Assembly (NCBI GenBank): GCA_002811645.1
Contig: PDIP01000019.1
Coordinates: forward strand, 314,404-378,403
DNA length: 64,000 bases
DNA from: Corallochytrium limacisporum Hawaii
Lineage: Eukaryota > Protista > Pluriformea
Reading direction: 5' to 3'
A program made the translations under genes and the position numbers. Shown here one piece after another: positions 33,306-44,424 of this stretch. The notes under the pieces are model-generated. The model saw only the letters and a list, made by a program, of their open reading frames with translations, ran no database searches and was not told the DNA's origin. Each line of letters begins with the position of its first letter. The stretch's first letter is position 1.

Positions 33306-34593
33306 GCTCCCGAGCCTCCGTACTATGAAGGTGGTAGGGTCACCACACACAGTTTCCCACTTGAAACCGAAATACCAACTCCAAAAGTGAGCGATCATGA
33401 GTCCATTTGACACCCACGGACAGCGGATATATGTCCTGGAGAGGAAAGGAAAGTCCGCCAAGCAAAGACAACTTATCCCTTACGTTGACAATGTGTTAGG
33501 ACGCCTTCACCACCGAGACCCACCCCCTCCATTCTTCTCAATATTTTGGGCCCCCGCTGGTGAGCCCCATAACATATTACTCGAAGACTTTTCATCTTAG
33601 TTCGTCGAATTCATGGTCCCTTTGTATTTTGAAAGGGGATCAACTTCGGAAACCTCCCCCTGGTTTTCCTCCGCAACCGCCACCATACCGGGCACATTTC
33701 GTTCGCCTCCCACTTTGCCTTTCTGGCCCGTAACACGCAAATTCAGCTACTTTTGGTATGCAGCCGACCCTTGGATCCCCTTAGTCCCTACACTCTCTTT
33801 GAATCCCTCCCGCCAAAAAAAACCGGACCCAATAGTTCGGATCGGGGCCTTCAGTATTTCAGTAAATACCGAAGCGACGAGAAGGACCGATTGGCCCAGG
33901 CTCACAATATTCTGCCACCGTTGCCACTGCTCCCAACCTTCGTTCGCTCCTCCCCGCCTAAGCCTCCGGAAGTCGAAATATGATGTGATTCAAAATATTG
34001 TTCGAATCAATTCCATAGCCATAGGAAACTGTGGAGTTGAGTGAGGGTGATCCACTCAATAGTGAATGTACTCTGATTTCGAGATCACTGTTTTCCCTCA
34101 GCTTTCTCGGGCGCCCGAAAAGCCAAAACACTGGAAGTGGAAAAGGGGAAGGGCTCCCTCGCGGGCAGCCAATTGCCCACTGTGGGTGTGCACTGGCTGC
34201 GCTTGGGGAGAGAGCCCGAGAAGGCAGACGAGGGCAACAGCCAGCACAAATGAGCGTACGGACTGTGGAAAAGAGCGGAGTCGTTGGGGGCTGGACTTCC
34301 AGTACTTTCGGTACGGCCGGAGAAGTGACGCGGCAACTACAGGACGAGTGGGCCGCCAAGGCGAAACAAAGCACTCACGGTGATGTTGTCCAAAATTCTT
34401 TGTTCCTTGGGTGCGTTAAAATCAACGTGCACATAACTTCGTGGAGTGCCCTAAACATTTCATTTCAAATGAAGTGATCCCAGCCATGTAGTTATTTAAG
34501 GTCGCTCAGGAACTGAATGGGCAAATAACGAAACAAAAAGTCAACAATCGGGTATAAATTTTCAATACAGGTTGGGACTAGATTCGTTGCATA

Positions 34594-35355
34594 ATGACCG
34601 AGCAGCAGCAATTGTTTGAGTCTTGGGGCAAGGCACACCCATTGCAGTCCCAGATCAACAGCATTTCTAGGGGATATGGTGAGCCCACGAAGCACACATT
34701 GTCCCCCACGGTGACAGGAACCAGCGTCCTGGGACTGCGGTGCAGTGACGGGGTAATCATTGCTGCTGACACACTCGGGTCATACGGTTCTATGGCCCGC
34801 TTTATGAATGTAAGTCGTCTACATCAGGCCGGATCACACGCTTGTCTTGGAGCCTCCGGTGACTATGCCGATTTCCAGCAGCTCAAGGACATTATTGATG
34901 ACATGGTCATTGCCGATAAATCCCGCGATGACGGCCACGTCCTGAAGCCGCGCTCCATATTTGCATACCTCGGACGTCTGATGTATTCCAAGCGCAGTCG
35001 GTTTGAGCCTCTTTGGAATGCTCTGGTCTTTGGAGGTTTCCAGGACGGTAAACCGTTCCTCGGCTTTGAAGATAAGATTGGTGTCTGCTACGAGGACCAG
35101 GTCATTAGCACCGGCTTCGGACAGTACTTGGGTGCCCCTCTCTTGCGTGAGAAGGTTGATGAGAAGGGTGAGCTGACCGTCGCCGAGGGCAAGGAACTCA
35201 TTAACAATGTGCTGCGTGTGCTTAACTACCGTGATGCCCGAAGCTTTAACCGCTACGAAATGGCCATCGTGACCGAGAAGGGCGTCGAGGTCAGCGAACC
35301 TTACACCTTGGACACCAACTGGGAGGTTGGAACAATGTTTACTGGCTACGAATAG
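34594..35355 (+). CDS. PSMB4: 20S proteasome subunit beta type-4 (beta7/Pre4)
   Basis: SPTVTGTSVLGL, IAADTLGSYGSMARF, GASGDYADFQ, RVLNYRDARS. Confidence 0.96.
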   Translation: MTEQQQLFESWGKAHPLQSQINSISRGYGEPTKHTLSPTVTGTSVLGLRCSDGVIIAADTLGSYGSMARFMNVSRLHQAGSHACLGASGDYADFQQLKDIIDDMVIADKSRDDGHVLKPRSIFAYLGRLMYSKRSRFEPLWNALVFGGFQDGKPFLGFEDKIGVCYEDQVISTGFGQYLGAPLLREKVDEKGELTVAEGKELINNVLRVLNYRDARSFNRYEMAIVTEKGVEVSEPYTLDTNWEVGTMFTGYE

Positions 35356-35456
35356 ATCAAACAAAAAGCACAATATCTAACTTCTGGATACTTTAAGAAC
35401 ATAAGGTGTTTTAATAGAAATCGCTTACATGACCACCATGGTATACTATGTCCGCC

Positions 35457-36389
35457 TTAGTCGTCTGCGTACTGATCATCTGCTTTGTTGCTCCAACCGA
35501 TCCCGAATGTATCCGCAAACAGGTGGCCTAAGCGTCGTTCTTCTAGAAAGTGCTTCAAGTCACTGGGTGATTCGAAGGATAGTTCGCCTAGAAATCGTTC
35601 AGACTTGAAGGCTGCATCTGTGTCTGGGTTCTCCAGAACTTCATAGGACCGGGTAGTGATTCGTTGCCACTGCCATGACTTAACCACTTTGCAAAAGTCA
35701 CTGACCGCCCGTTCCGGGCCTTCTACAATGACCATGCCCGGCTTGCCTGGTTTGCAGAACCCACCAAGTCTCTGATCCGCGGCCTCCTGGAGAATATTGG
35801 CCCGCTTTTTTTTACTGTATATGTGGTGCATGTAGAGCACTTCACGAGTGATGCGCCCGGCTGGGCTCTGATTGACGGCGTCTAGTGCTTTCGTTGGCTT
35901 CGGAGGGTCCACAAAAGCAATGATATGTTCCTGAAGCCACGGTAGAAGCTGGGCAAGAACACCTTCCCCGTTGCCACCGTCTAGCGGACTGAGAGTAAGA
36001 TGCCCATCGTCTGGGGCTTGCGATTCTCCGCGGTGCAGTAGGACATGCATGCATTGCTGGAACTCCATCTGTCTGGCCCGTGGGAACCATTCTGAGTGCT
36101 CGAGCCGAACCTCCGGCGCGGTCTGTGCAAGCGGAGCCAATGGATAGGTTGAAGGGAGGTCAATGATCACTATGGCCTTGATCAGTCGATCCGGTTCTGT
36201 GTCCCCGAGTAGAGTCTTCAGACCAATTGCCTGTCGCAGATCTTTCGCCCGGGCCAGATCATATTCTGCTTGCAAGCGAAACGTCAATTCTGTCAGGTCA
36301 GAAATGTTTCGAATCGTACACTCTTCCGGGTACATGGCCTGGAGAAGTTCCATCTCCTGGGCCCGTGGCCCCTCGTTTTCAAGTGTCAT
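35457..36389 (-). CDS. RWDD2: RWD domain-containing protein 2-like (RWD + DUF1115)
   Basis: QEMELLQAMYPEE and LPSTYP (RWD); YMHHIYSKKKR, LGGFCKPGKPGMVIVEG and WQWQRI (DUF1115). First ATG is at 36389. Confidence 0.85.
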   Translation of the reverse strand: MTLENEGPRAQEMELLQAMYPEECTIRNISDLTELTFRLQAEYDLARAKDLRQAIGLKTLLGDTEPDRLIKAIVIIDLPSTYPLAPLAQTAPEVRLEHSEWFPRARQMEFQQCMHVLLHRGESQAPDDGHLTLSPLDGGNGEGVLAQLLPWLQEHIIAFVDPPKPTKALDAVNQSPAGRITREVLYMHHIYSKKKRANILQEAADQRLGGFCKPGKPGMVIVEGPERAVSDFCKVVKSWQWQRITTRSYEVLENPDTDAAFKSERFLGELSFESPSDLKHFLEERRLGHLFADTFGIGWSNKADDQYADD

Positions 36390-36611
36390 GATCCCGCAAA
36401 TATCAACATGTTTCACAAGAGCGACAATATGATGAACAGTAAATGAGGTATTTATTTATTTCTTTACAACTGAAACAGTGTGTCATATCTGTGTTTCAAA
36501 TAAGTGTTATGAATGTCAACTATGTGCTGAAAACAAAAAATTAGAAAGGGGGTAAAATGGCCAACTAAAAGAGAATTGGATGAAGAGGGCCCCACCTCAG
36601 GTATTCAGATC

Positions 36612-38231
36612 CTACTGCACTGGCATGATATCCTTTGTGGAAGTGGGGCGGCTGCCTGAGAAAACCTCCGCGGCCTGCGGCGGAGCGATCTCACCACCAG
36701 CGACAATTTCTCCCTCATCATCAGGAAGCAGTTCGCTGATGGCCATATGCGCTTCGGATCCTTTCTTCTCGCCGTCCATGAGGTGGACGCGGCTACCCAT
36801 GCGAGACGCGCGGGTGGCAAGGACTTCCTTGACATCCACTTCTGGCATGAAGCGCATGCAGAACACAAGGATACCACCGACGATCATAGCCATACCAGAG
36901 ATGATGAATGCCAGCTCCGGCTTGTCATCATACAGAGCACCCGCGGTAACCGGACCGGCCAGGTTACCAAAGGCAATGCCAAACATAACGGTACCCATGG
37001 TCGATGTCAGGTCGTCCAACCCGAACAAGTCGGCAACGATAACCGGGTTTAGGCTCACAAAGCCACCGGCAAACAAACCGTAGTACACGGAGAAGATGGC
37101 CACGCTCCATTCCTCGGTGCAGAGGGGCCACCAGAGCATGCCCGCACCAGCAATTACCAGGCAAACATAGAACGTCCTCAGACGGCCCAGACGGTCCGCA
37201 AAGTGACCCAGCGTGATCCGACCCACGGCAGAACCACCGTTGATCAAACCAAGCGCCAGGGCACCGAACGAGGCACTTAGGCCTTGGTCCTCTGCCCAGG
37301 TTGGAACAAAGAAGAACGGCACGAGGTAGCCAAACGAGGCAAACAAGTTAGCTGTGAACAGCAAGGAAAACCGCGGGACCTTGAACATTTCCAGCTTCAG
37401 CCGCTTCACGTTCGGATCGCGTGGCACGCGGAATTCAGCAAAGTATGCGGCGGTCATGAGGGTGCAGAAACTAAGTCCAGCGAAGATACGGAACGTCCAA
37501 TCGGTGCCAACAGTCTCGATGAGAGCTTCACTTAGCGGGCCCATGATGAAGCCACCGATACCACTGCCAGCAACAGCAATACCGGTCATCAAGCCCTTGC
37601 GGCGATCGTACCACTGCGAGACCATGGCCACGGATGGGAAATAGGCGAGCGAGTTACCAATGCCAATCAGCGCCCCATAAGTAATGTACAAATGCCAGAC
37701 TTCGGTAGTAAAGCTACTGAGTACTAGTCCGGTGACCTGGAACATGGAGCCCAGTGCAATCATTTTCCTTGGTCCGAACATGTCTGCCAGAAACCCTGAC
37801 AATGGCCCCAATGCAATCATGAGCGCGAGAGACATGGACCCAGGCCACGCCAGCTCAGCTTCAGAAGCACCAAACTCATCCTCGAACTCCTTTAGGAACA
37901 CACCCCATGAGTATCCCAGTCCTAAAACTATGAAATGGACAAGGAAAGAGGACAAGACGATCCTGTAACCATACCGTGAGTCGACCAGCTCTGCCCTTGG
38001 GCCTGTGGGACCGTCGGCTTGGGCCTCAACATCGCTCGATGAGATGGACGACCCGCTTCCTTCCCTTCTGCTCTGTTCCTGCTTGCGCTGTTCATTTTCC
38101 ATAATCTCACGGATCTCCTGGATCTCGATTTCTTCTGTATTGGTCGAGCGGCGACCGAGAAGTGCTACATCGCTGGCGATGGACACACCAGTCAGCCGCA
38201 GGTCGTTGCTTTCCCGTGGTTCAGTAGCCAT
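36612..38231 (-). CDS. MFS monocarboxylate transporter (SLC16/MCT/Mch family)
   Basis: DSRYGYRIVLSSF, WYDRRKGLMTGIAVAGSGIG, GRITLGHFADRLG; about 12 hydrophobic segments. Confidence 0.9.
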   Translation of the reverse strand: MATEPRESNDLRLTGVSIASDVALLGRRSTNTEEIEIQEIREIMENEQRKQEQSRREGSGSSISSSDVEAQADGPTGPRAELVDSRYGYRIVLSSFLVHFIVLGLGYSWGVFLKEFEDEFGASEAELAWPGSMSLALMIALGPLSGFLADMFGPRKMIALGSMFQVTGLVLSSFTTEVWHLYITYGALIGIGNSLAYFPSVAMVSQWYDRRKGLMTGIAVAGSGIGGFIMGPLSEALIETVGTDWTFRIFAGLSFCTLMTAAYFAEFRVPRDPNVKRLKLEMFKVPRFSLLFTANLFASFGYLVPFFFVPTWAEDQGLSASFGALALGLINGGSAVGRITLGHFADRLGRLRTFYVCLVIAGAGMLWWPLCTEEWSVAIFSVYYGLFAGGFVSLNPVIVADLFGLDDLTSTMGTVMFGIAFGNLAGPVTAGALYDDKPELAFIISGMAMIVGGILVFCMRFMPEVDVKEVLATRASRMGSRVHLMDGEKKGSEAHMAISELLPDDEGEIVAGGEIAPPQAAEVFSGSRPTSTKDIMPVQ

Positions 38232-40125
38232 GACTATTTCAAAATATCACAGAACCCGAGGGTCTTCCTTCTAGCTACAACTAAAATTGCTTTCTCCCTT
38301 TGGATCGAAAGCGATCAATTCGAACTAGTTCCACACTAAATATTCTATCACAACACTATGTTGCCCAGGGAAACCTACATAACGCAAATGTGTATGGCAT
38401 GTTGAAGCCCTGTCTCCCAGATTAAGTACCAGAGCTGCGTACTATGATCCTGGGAAAGGAATGCAACCGTGCATCAAACTCCAAAATGGAGAACAGCGCA
38501 GGAACACTTGCGTCCACACTAACATCCACCTGAACTCGAGCACACAGCCCAATACCACCATGTTGACGGGGACAGGCGTGCACAGTGGGGCGCCACTGTG
38601 TGTGCTCGTCCGCAGTGGAATCTCTATCCAGAGCAACTCAGTCGCTCTGGCTCGCCACCGTTTCCGAAACTCCTCGCTGGCATCTCGTGACCGACCGCCC
38701 CTGGATTCCCCCTCAATCCTTTATTTCCAAGAGTTCTCAAATGCCGCGGTATGGCGAAACCCGTCCCATCTATGAAAAATGTACCGGCCAAAATCTTTCT
38801 GGCAATTCGTTAAGCGAGAAACTTTCGTCCGATCGGTGGAGAGGCAAACCCCGAAAAACCGGAGCTCGACGGGCACACGGAGAGCGGGAACGCACTCGCA
38901 AGCCAAAAAAGACCAAAATCGGGGGAGAGGGAGGCGGAGGAAAGGGGGGAAGGACACGGACCCATTCCAGAGAGGTCTCACAGAATATTAGATTTAAATA
39001 TGTAGAGAGTCACATAGAACTGTATACATTTAGTATAAAACTGTACAGTCGGTGTCTTTGGATATTTTGGCAGAGGGGGGGGAAGAAGAGGCACAGAGAG
39101 ACAGAGAAGGGGGGGGGGACCCTTCCCCTCCCTCCCCCACCCCCGCGCTCCCCCTTTTGCTATCCCAATTTTCTCTCCGCCCGCTCCGTGGGCTGATGCG
39201 GTTGGGTTTCAATTGTGCAGTACATTTTATATAGACAATAACATAAAGAAGGCTCTCCAGGCGCCCCGACGCACGAAAGAATCCTTGTTCCGTGGTGTGT
39301 GTCCCCCTAAATTTCTGTTCGGGGGCTCACGGGGATCTAGTGCCCAGCTTTCCCTACCAATTCATCACCCAGCCGATGCAAGTGTGATCCTGCTGCTGCT
39401 GGTGCTGCTGCGGCCATGCTCCAACATGGTACACAGTGGTCCACGCAGTGGTTGCCGTTCAACAAAGAAGCACACATGGAGCTGTTGTCGACAGCCCCAT
39501 GCACGCAAGGCTTCACAATTACTACAACGCCCGCACACAAAGCCATTGCATTCGGAGATGTCCATTAAACGTCAAAGGTACGAATTGTGCAAGAACGCTC
39601 GTTTGGGTTCAACGCCCGGCACACCCATTCATCGGTACGCTTGGGAGCATCGCCGGGGTAGTTCCTTAGGATGGCGATGACGATGGGTACACAATCGAAC
39701 GAGTGAAGGGAAAGCAGTCTACATCGAAATACGCAAGGCCCAGGGTGCAGCGCCCATTTACAAGAAATCTCCCTTTTTTGTTTTGCTTTTGGTTGGCAGC
39801 CAGGCCCTGGGGTTCACGTCGCTGCTCCTCCTCCTTTGTCGTCACATGTAGTAGGTGGTACAGCCAATACCCCTGGGTGGCGCCCTACCGGCATGATCAC
39901 GCTGTGTACACATCCCACTGCTACTTAACCCCGGGTAAACAAAAAAAAAAGGAGGAGTGAAACATCATCATCGCCCGGCCCCGGCGGTATTAGTACTCCC
40001 GCTCCCCTTTTGATTTATTTCTATTTTGGAGGAACATTTCTTTTCTTATGAGAGGATTAAAGAACCCTTCCTTTTCTATTTTCTGTTTTCTAATTATCCC
40101 TGGGAGTCTTTCGACCTTCCTCTAC

Positions 40126-40160
40126 CACACACACACCCACACACACACACACTCTCTCTC
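40126..40160 (+). repeat. (CA)n/(CT)n microsatellite
   Basis: Read directly. Confidence 0.8.
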
Positions 40161-42247
40161 CCTCCCTCTCTTTCTTCTCCTTCCCCCTTTAGTCTTTGTC
40201 CTATTTTTTTTCCTTTCCTTGTACTCGAACCTGCGTTTTTCTCCCGTGTGTGTATATATGGTCTGCGTAAGCTCCGCTAATCGGTTCCAATATCGATGGG
40301 GCTTGCTAAGCTTTTTGTCCTCGGTCGTCATAGAGTTCCGCATTTCAATATCGATACTGAGGCTGCGGGTATTGGCCTTGTGGTCCACCAAACGGATTCT
40401 TCATACTTTTTCCTTGGTCGGTGTCTCTCTCGCTTTTTCTTTATTCTTGGGCAGCGGGCTCCCCTCCTTCTTTCTTTTTTTTTCTTTTTTTTTGGGGGGG
40501 GGGTTCTTGGTATCCGAACATTCCTTGTTTTCTTCCTTCATTTTTTGTTTCCTTGGCCCAACGCCCCGCTCCCTGGGTCTCGCCTTGTCCGTTTTGTTCA
40601 TTTCTCTCTGGTCGCAGTGACAGACTCTGTCCTGGCAGCAGCAGCAGGGAAGTCTCCTCCCAAACAAAAAGAAAAAGGGAAGAACGCAAGAGGCGAGGAC
40701 TACCCCGGGGAAGTGTCACACGTACCCAAGAGAACCCTCTCTCTCTTCTCTTCTCTCTGTCACAAACACACACTCCGTAGGTACCGCCGAAAAAATCGCG
40801 CAGCAACCGGGAGAAAGGACACGGAGGAAAAGGAAACTGCCGCGGTCGGGCGGAATGTGGGTCCTTTTTTTTGTCGTTGTGGTGGTGGTGTGTGATACCG
40901 CAGAGAGTGGAGGTGGTGTATGAGTGTGTGGAGAGGCGGAGGTGGCTTTGGGTAGTTAGTGAATGAATGAAACAGTTAGACTCTGGCTTTGGTCCTGCTC
41001 TTTCTTTCGTGTGTCCCCGCCCCTTCTTCCCTCTCCGCCCTTTTTTCCTTATTATCCGGCGTTGTCCTCTTTGGTAGTCATCGGTTTCGGTCGCCCTGCT
41101 ATCAGCGCACTCTCCGTCTTTTTTTTTTCCCTTGTGGCTCTTCTTTTGTCTCTCTCACCAGCCCTCCACCCCCCCTTCCTTTCGCTGAAATGTATTTTGT
41201 CCCGTTCCGGCCCCCCTTTGCAAGCGCGCCTTCGCAGCGCCTCCCCCCTTCCCTCCCCACCAATTTTTTTCGCCCCTGCCTTTTCCTCTGTGTCGTTTGC
41301 GTTCGTTTTCAGCAGTTTTTATTCCAACCCACCCCGTGTCAGCTGACCATCACCACCAGGGACCTGAGAGGAAGCGGACGCCCGCAGGGCAAGCCACCAG
41401 GGACCAAGAGATCCTCCCCCGTTGAGTCAGTGTCTATTTTTGGGGGAATGGGGCCAGTGATCTGTTGCTGCACACTTCGCGCGCTTGGGTATGGCGATTG
41501 TACGGCAGAGAGCGGAGCGGGAAGGTGCAGAATTGCCTAGACAGGCAACCTGAAATTTCGGTTGGGTGGGGCCTGAGGAGTTGGTGCGTGCCGCATGACG
41601 GACCTTGCGCAATCTACCAGTACGCATTCCGGACTATGTCTAAATTCTGCATACCATTCCGTAGTATATAGATATTGTATACGGAATGTTTTGCAACCAA
41701 GCGATTGGCCCACGGTTTAAAGTGAGGCTCTCTTACTCCAGCAATTGTTGGGCCCGCCCCCCCTCCCCCGGCGGGGGGGGGCCGGGGGGTATTGTGTCGC
41801 TCGTCATTTTTCTTGAACCCGCACTCGCAGAAAATGCCCAAAACCCATACCACTGGTAGTGCCCACCGTTATTTTGCCCGGACCGAGCTGTGAATGGGAG
41901 TCTATTTTATGGTAACCCACAGCTCGTTCACTCCCCCAAAACCCGGGCTACACGCGTTGTCGAGGGGCTTTGGAATTTATTGGGTACCATTGTGTCGTCA
42001 CACAGGTTGTGTCGCCACACCAAGACAGGCACACGCCTCAGTCACACACCAACCACATCCAAACGATGTGCGCTTGTTCGGACCGTCCACCGAACCCTGC
42101 TGTGCCGCTTGGTCGCTGTGCTTGCCAGTACAATTGCTGTGCTGGTTATAAGCTATTCTAGATCAGCCGATTTGCAATGGTTCTGTACGCGAATGGATTA
42201 CACACAAATGTCATAGTCCAGCGCAGTACATCCATTGCTAAAGAAAC

Positions 42248-43252
42248 ATGGCGGGGAGGTACGGTCGTAAGCTGCTCGACTTGGTTGAGTCTGTCAATCC
42301 CATTGGCCTCAAATACACCCGGGATGCCCTCGCTAAGGAATACCACTTTTTTATGGTCGCCGGTAAAGAATTCGGCACCGTCCAGCGGGAGGTCGTCCAA
42401 GAACTCAGTGAAAGCCAGATCTTCAAACAGACATTCCATGTCGCCGAAGACCGCGTCGAGCTAGATCCATCTAACGTCATGTCGGTGAAGGAACGTAGCG
42501 AGAAGGTGGCGACTCTGCTGAATCACTTGCGGCGTGAGGTGACAGAGGAACGCAAGTACAGAAATACACCACTGTGTGCTTTGCTTGGATGGCGTGATGA
42601 ATTATATCCGGTTAACAGTACCTACGGCGCGGAACCGTACCTGCTCATGGAGCGCAGCGCAACTGGAATCTTTGGCATCGAAAAGTATGGTGTACATATC
42701 AATGGCTGGCTAACGGATCCCGAGAAGGGCATAATGATGTGGTTGGGCCGCCGGGCGCTCGATAAGCCAACCTATCCGGGCATGCTGGACCAGATGGCCG
42801 CTGGAGGGCTGCCTGTGGGATTAGGTGTAATGGAAAACTTAATCAAAGAATGCTACGAAGAAGCAGGTATCGCCGAGGAATTGGCTTCTAAGGCTGTTCC
42901 TGTGGGCACCGTAAGCTACCAGAATCGCAATGAACGTGGAGTTCATCCAGAGATTCAGTTTGTTTATGATCTGGAGATGCCGGCCGACTTTGTGCCTCAT
43001 AACACTGACGGGGAGGTCTGTGAATTCATCTTGGAGCCCATCCACAACGTCCTGGAACGCATCTGTAAAGGCGAAGTCAAGGGCAACTCCGGGCTGGTCA
43101 TCATTGACTTTTGTGTTCGCCGTGGTGTGTTGAACCCGGACGATGAGCCCCATTACTGCAACATTGTCACGGCGATGCACACTGGCTGGAACCAACTCGC
43201 TTCTGCCTCCGGCCCACGTGAAAAGAACCTCAATGGAGATCATGGTAGTTAA
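42248..43252 (+). CDS. Nudix hydrolase, YJR142W/NUDT20-like (DUF4743 + Nudix)
   Basis: GWRDELYPV, ERSATGIFGI..YGVHING, PTYPGMLDQMAAGG, KECYEEAG (Nudix box), PHNTDGEV. Confidence 0.9.
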   Translation: MAGRYGRKLLDLVESVNPIGLKYTRDALAKEYHFFMVAGKEFGTVQREVVQELSESQIFKQTFHVAEDRVELDPSNVMSVKERSEKVATLLNHLRREVTEERKYRNTPLCALLGWRDELYPVNSTYGAEPYLLMERSATGIFGIEKYGVHINGWLTDPEKGIMMWLGRRALDKPTYPGMLDQMAAGGLPVGLGVMENLIKECYEEAGIAEELASKAVPVGTVSYQNRNERGVHPEIQFVYDLEMPADFVPHNTDGEVCEFILEPIHNVLERICKGEVKGNSGLVIIDFCVRRGVLNPDDEPHYCNIVTAMHTGWNQLASASGPREKNLNGDHGS

Positions 43253-44424
43253 CAATACAGACCTTCAGAGGTCGACAGTTTGGTAGAAACATGCAACTAA
43301 CACAAGCCAGCAACGGTGGTCAGTCACGTTCGTCTTGAAACCCTAGGTGCGCATCGTCATGATGGAGCCTGTTGGTTTGGGCAATCAACAAGAAGACTCG
43401 CATCATGCTTCGGACTTCCCACCTCCCGCACTTTGAATCGCCGGTGCCACCACCCCACTATCGCGCACTCTGCGGAGCTCCACATACACGCTGCTAGCAA
43501 CCAAAACAGGGCCCAGGCAGGAAAGCAGGAATGCCTAAGGTTTAGGTAGGGGCGGTCGGTGTGTTTCGCTTGGCAAACCCCGGGGAACAGAAACAAAAAC
43601 CCGATATTGGGTGAACTGTTAATAAATACCACCTGCGGTACAAGCTTTTCCATGTGTTTCTGTCCCGCGACGATGCCTCGTAGCGGTGGGTTGTTTTCTG
43701 CTTTTGGGTTTCTATGTCCACCCTTGGTCGTCCGAAAAGAGGGCGGAACGGAGGAGGGCATATCGCGAGACGGTGACAAACGTTGGAATTGTAATTCGTG
43801 CAATCACAGGGCGTCATCGGCCCGGGCCAGCCAAGCAAGGGCCATTTTGTATCCGTGGGCCTTGGACCCCATCGTTCCGGAACGGAAACGGACCACCAAA
43901 GGAGCCGAAAGGGGGGAGGGGCGCCCGGAGAGAACAGGGAGTGCACGGCCGGCCCTCCAAACTGCGGCCCTCGGTCTCTCTGCGCGTAGCGCGGGGGAAC
44001 CCAGTGCTGAAGCAGAGAAAAGTCCCCCGGGGGTTTAGGGGGGGGGCTCCGGGCTCACACCGAAGGGCGCGGGTGAGTCTCCTCAGTGCAAAGCAGCCGT
44101 CCTGGTCCTGACCATTAGGTGTGCTGACGATTCGAGGACGGGTGGGCGGTGGTAAAGGTCTTTTAGAAGTGGAGGTGATCGTACCTTTCAATCTGAAAAC
44201 GCAAGTTTAGAAGATTGCATAACATGTTGTTGTCATAGGTGGGTGTTGTTGGAGCAAAGGAGACACCCGTCGTGACACCAGCATACAACTGGACTTTTCC
44301 GGAACAAATACACAGCCACGGACATCATGACATAGTCCATGGCGCTAAACGAATGCTTATCTTCAAAAAGAACAAACTTACTTCGCCATTGGTTTAGGTT
44401 TTTTTGTAAGGAATAATTTCCAAC

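Noticed and set aside
33996-34012. ATTG-TTCGAAT-CAAT T-arm-like hairpin (a similar one near 39603-39620)
   Set aside because: No D-arm, anticodon arm or acceptor stem nearby.
44011-44060. GAAAAGTCCCCCGG resembling RNase MRP conserved region I
   Set aside because: No matching conserved region V at the expected distance downstream.
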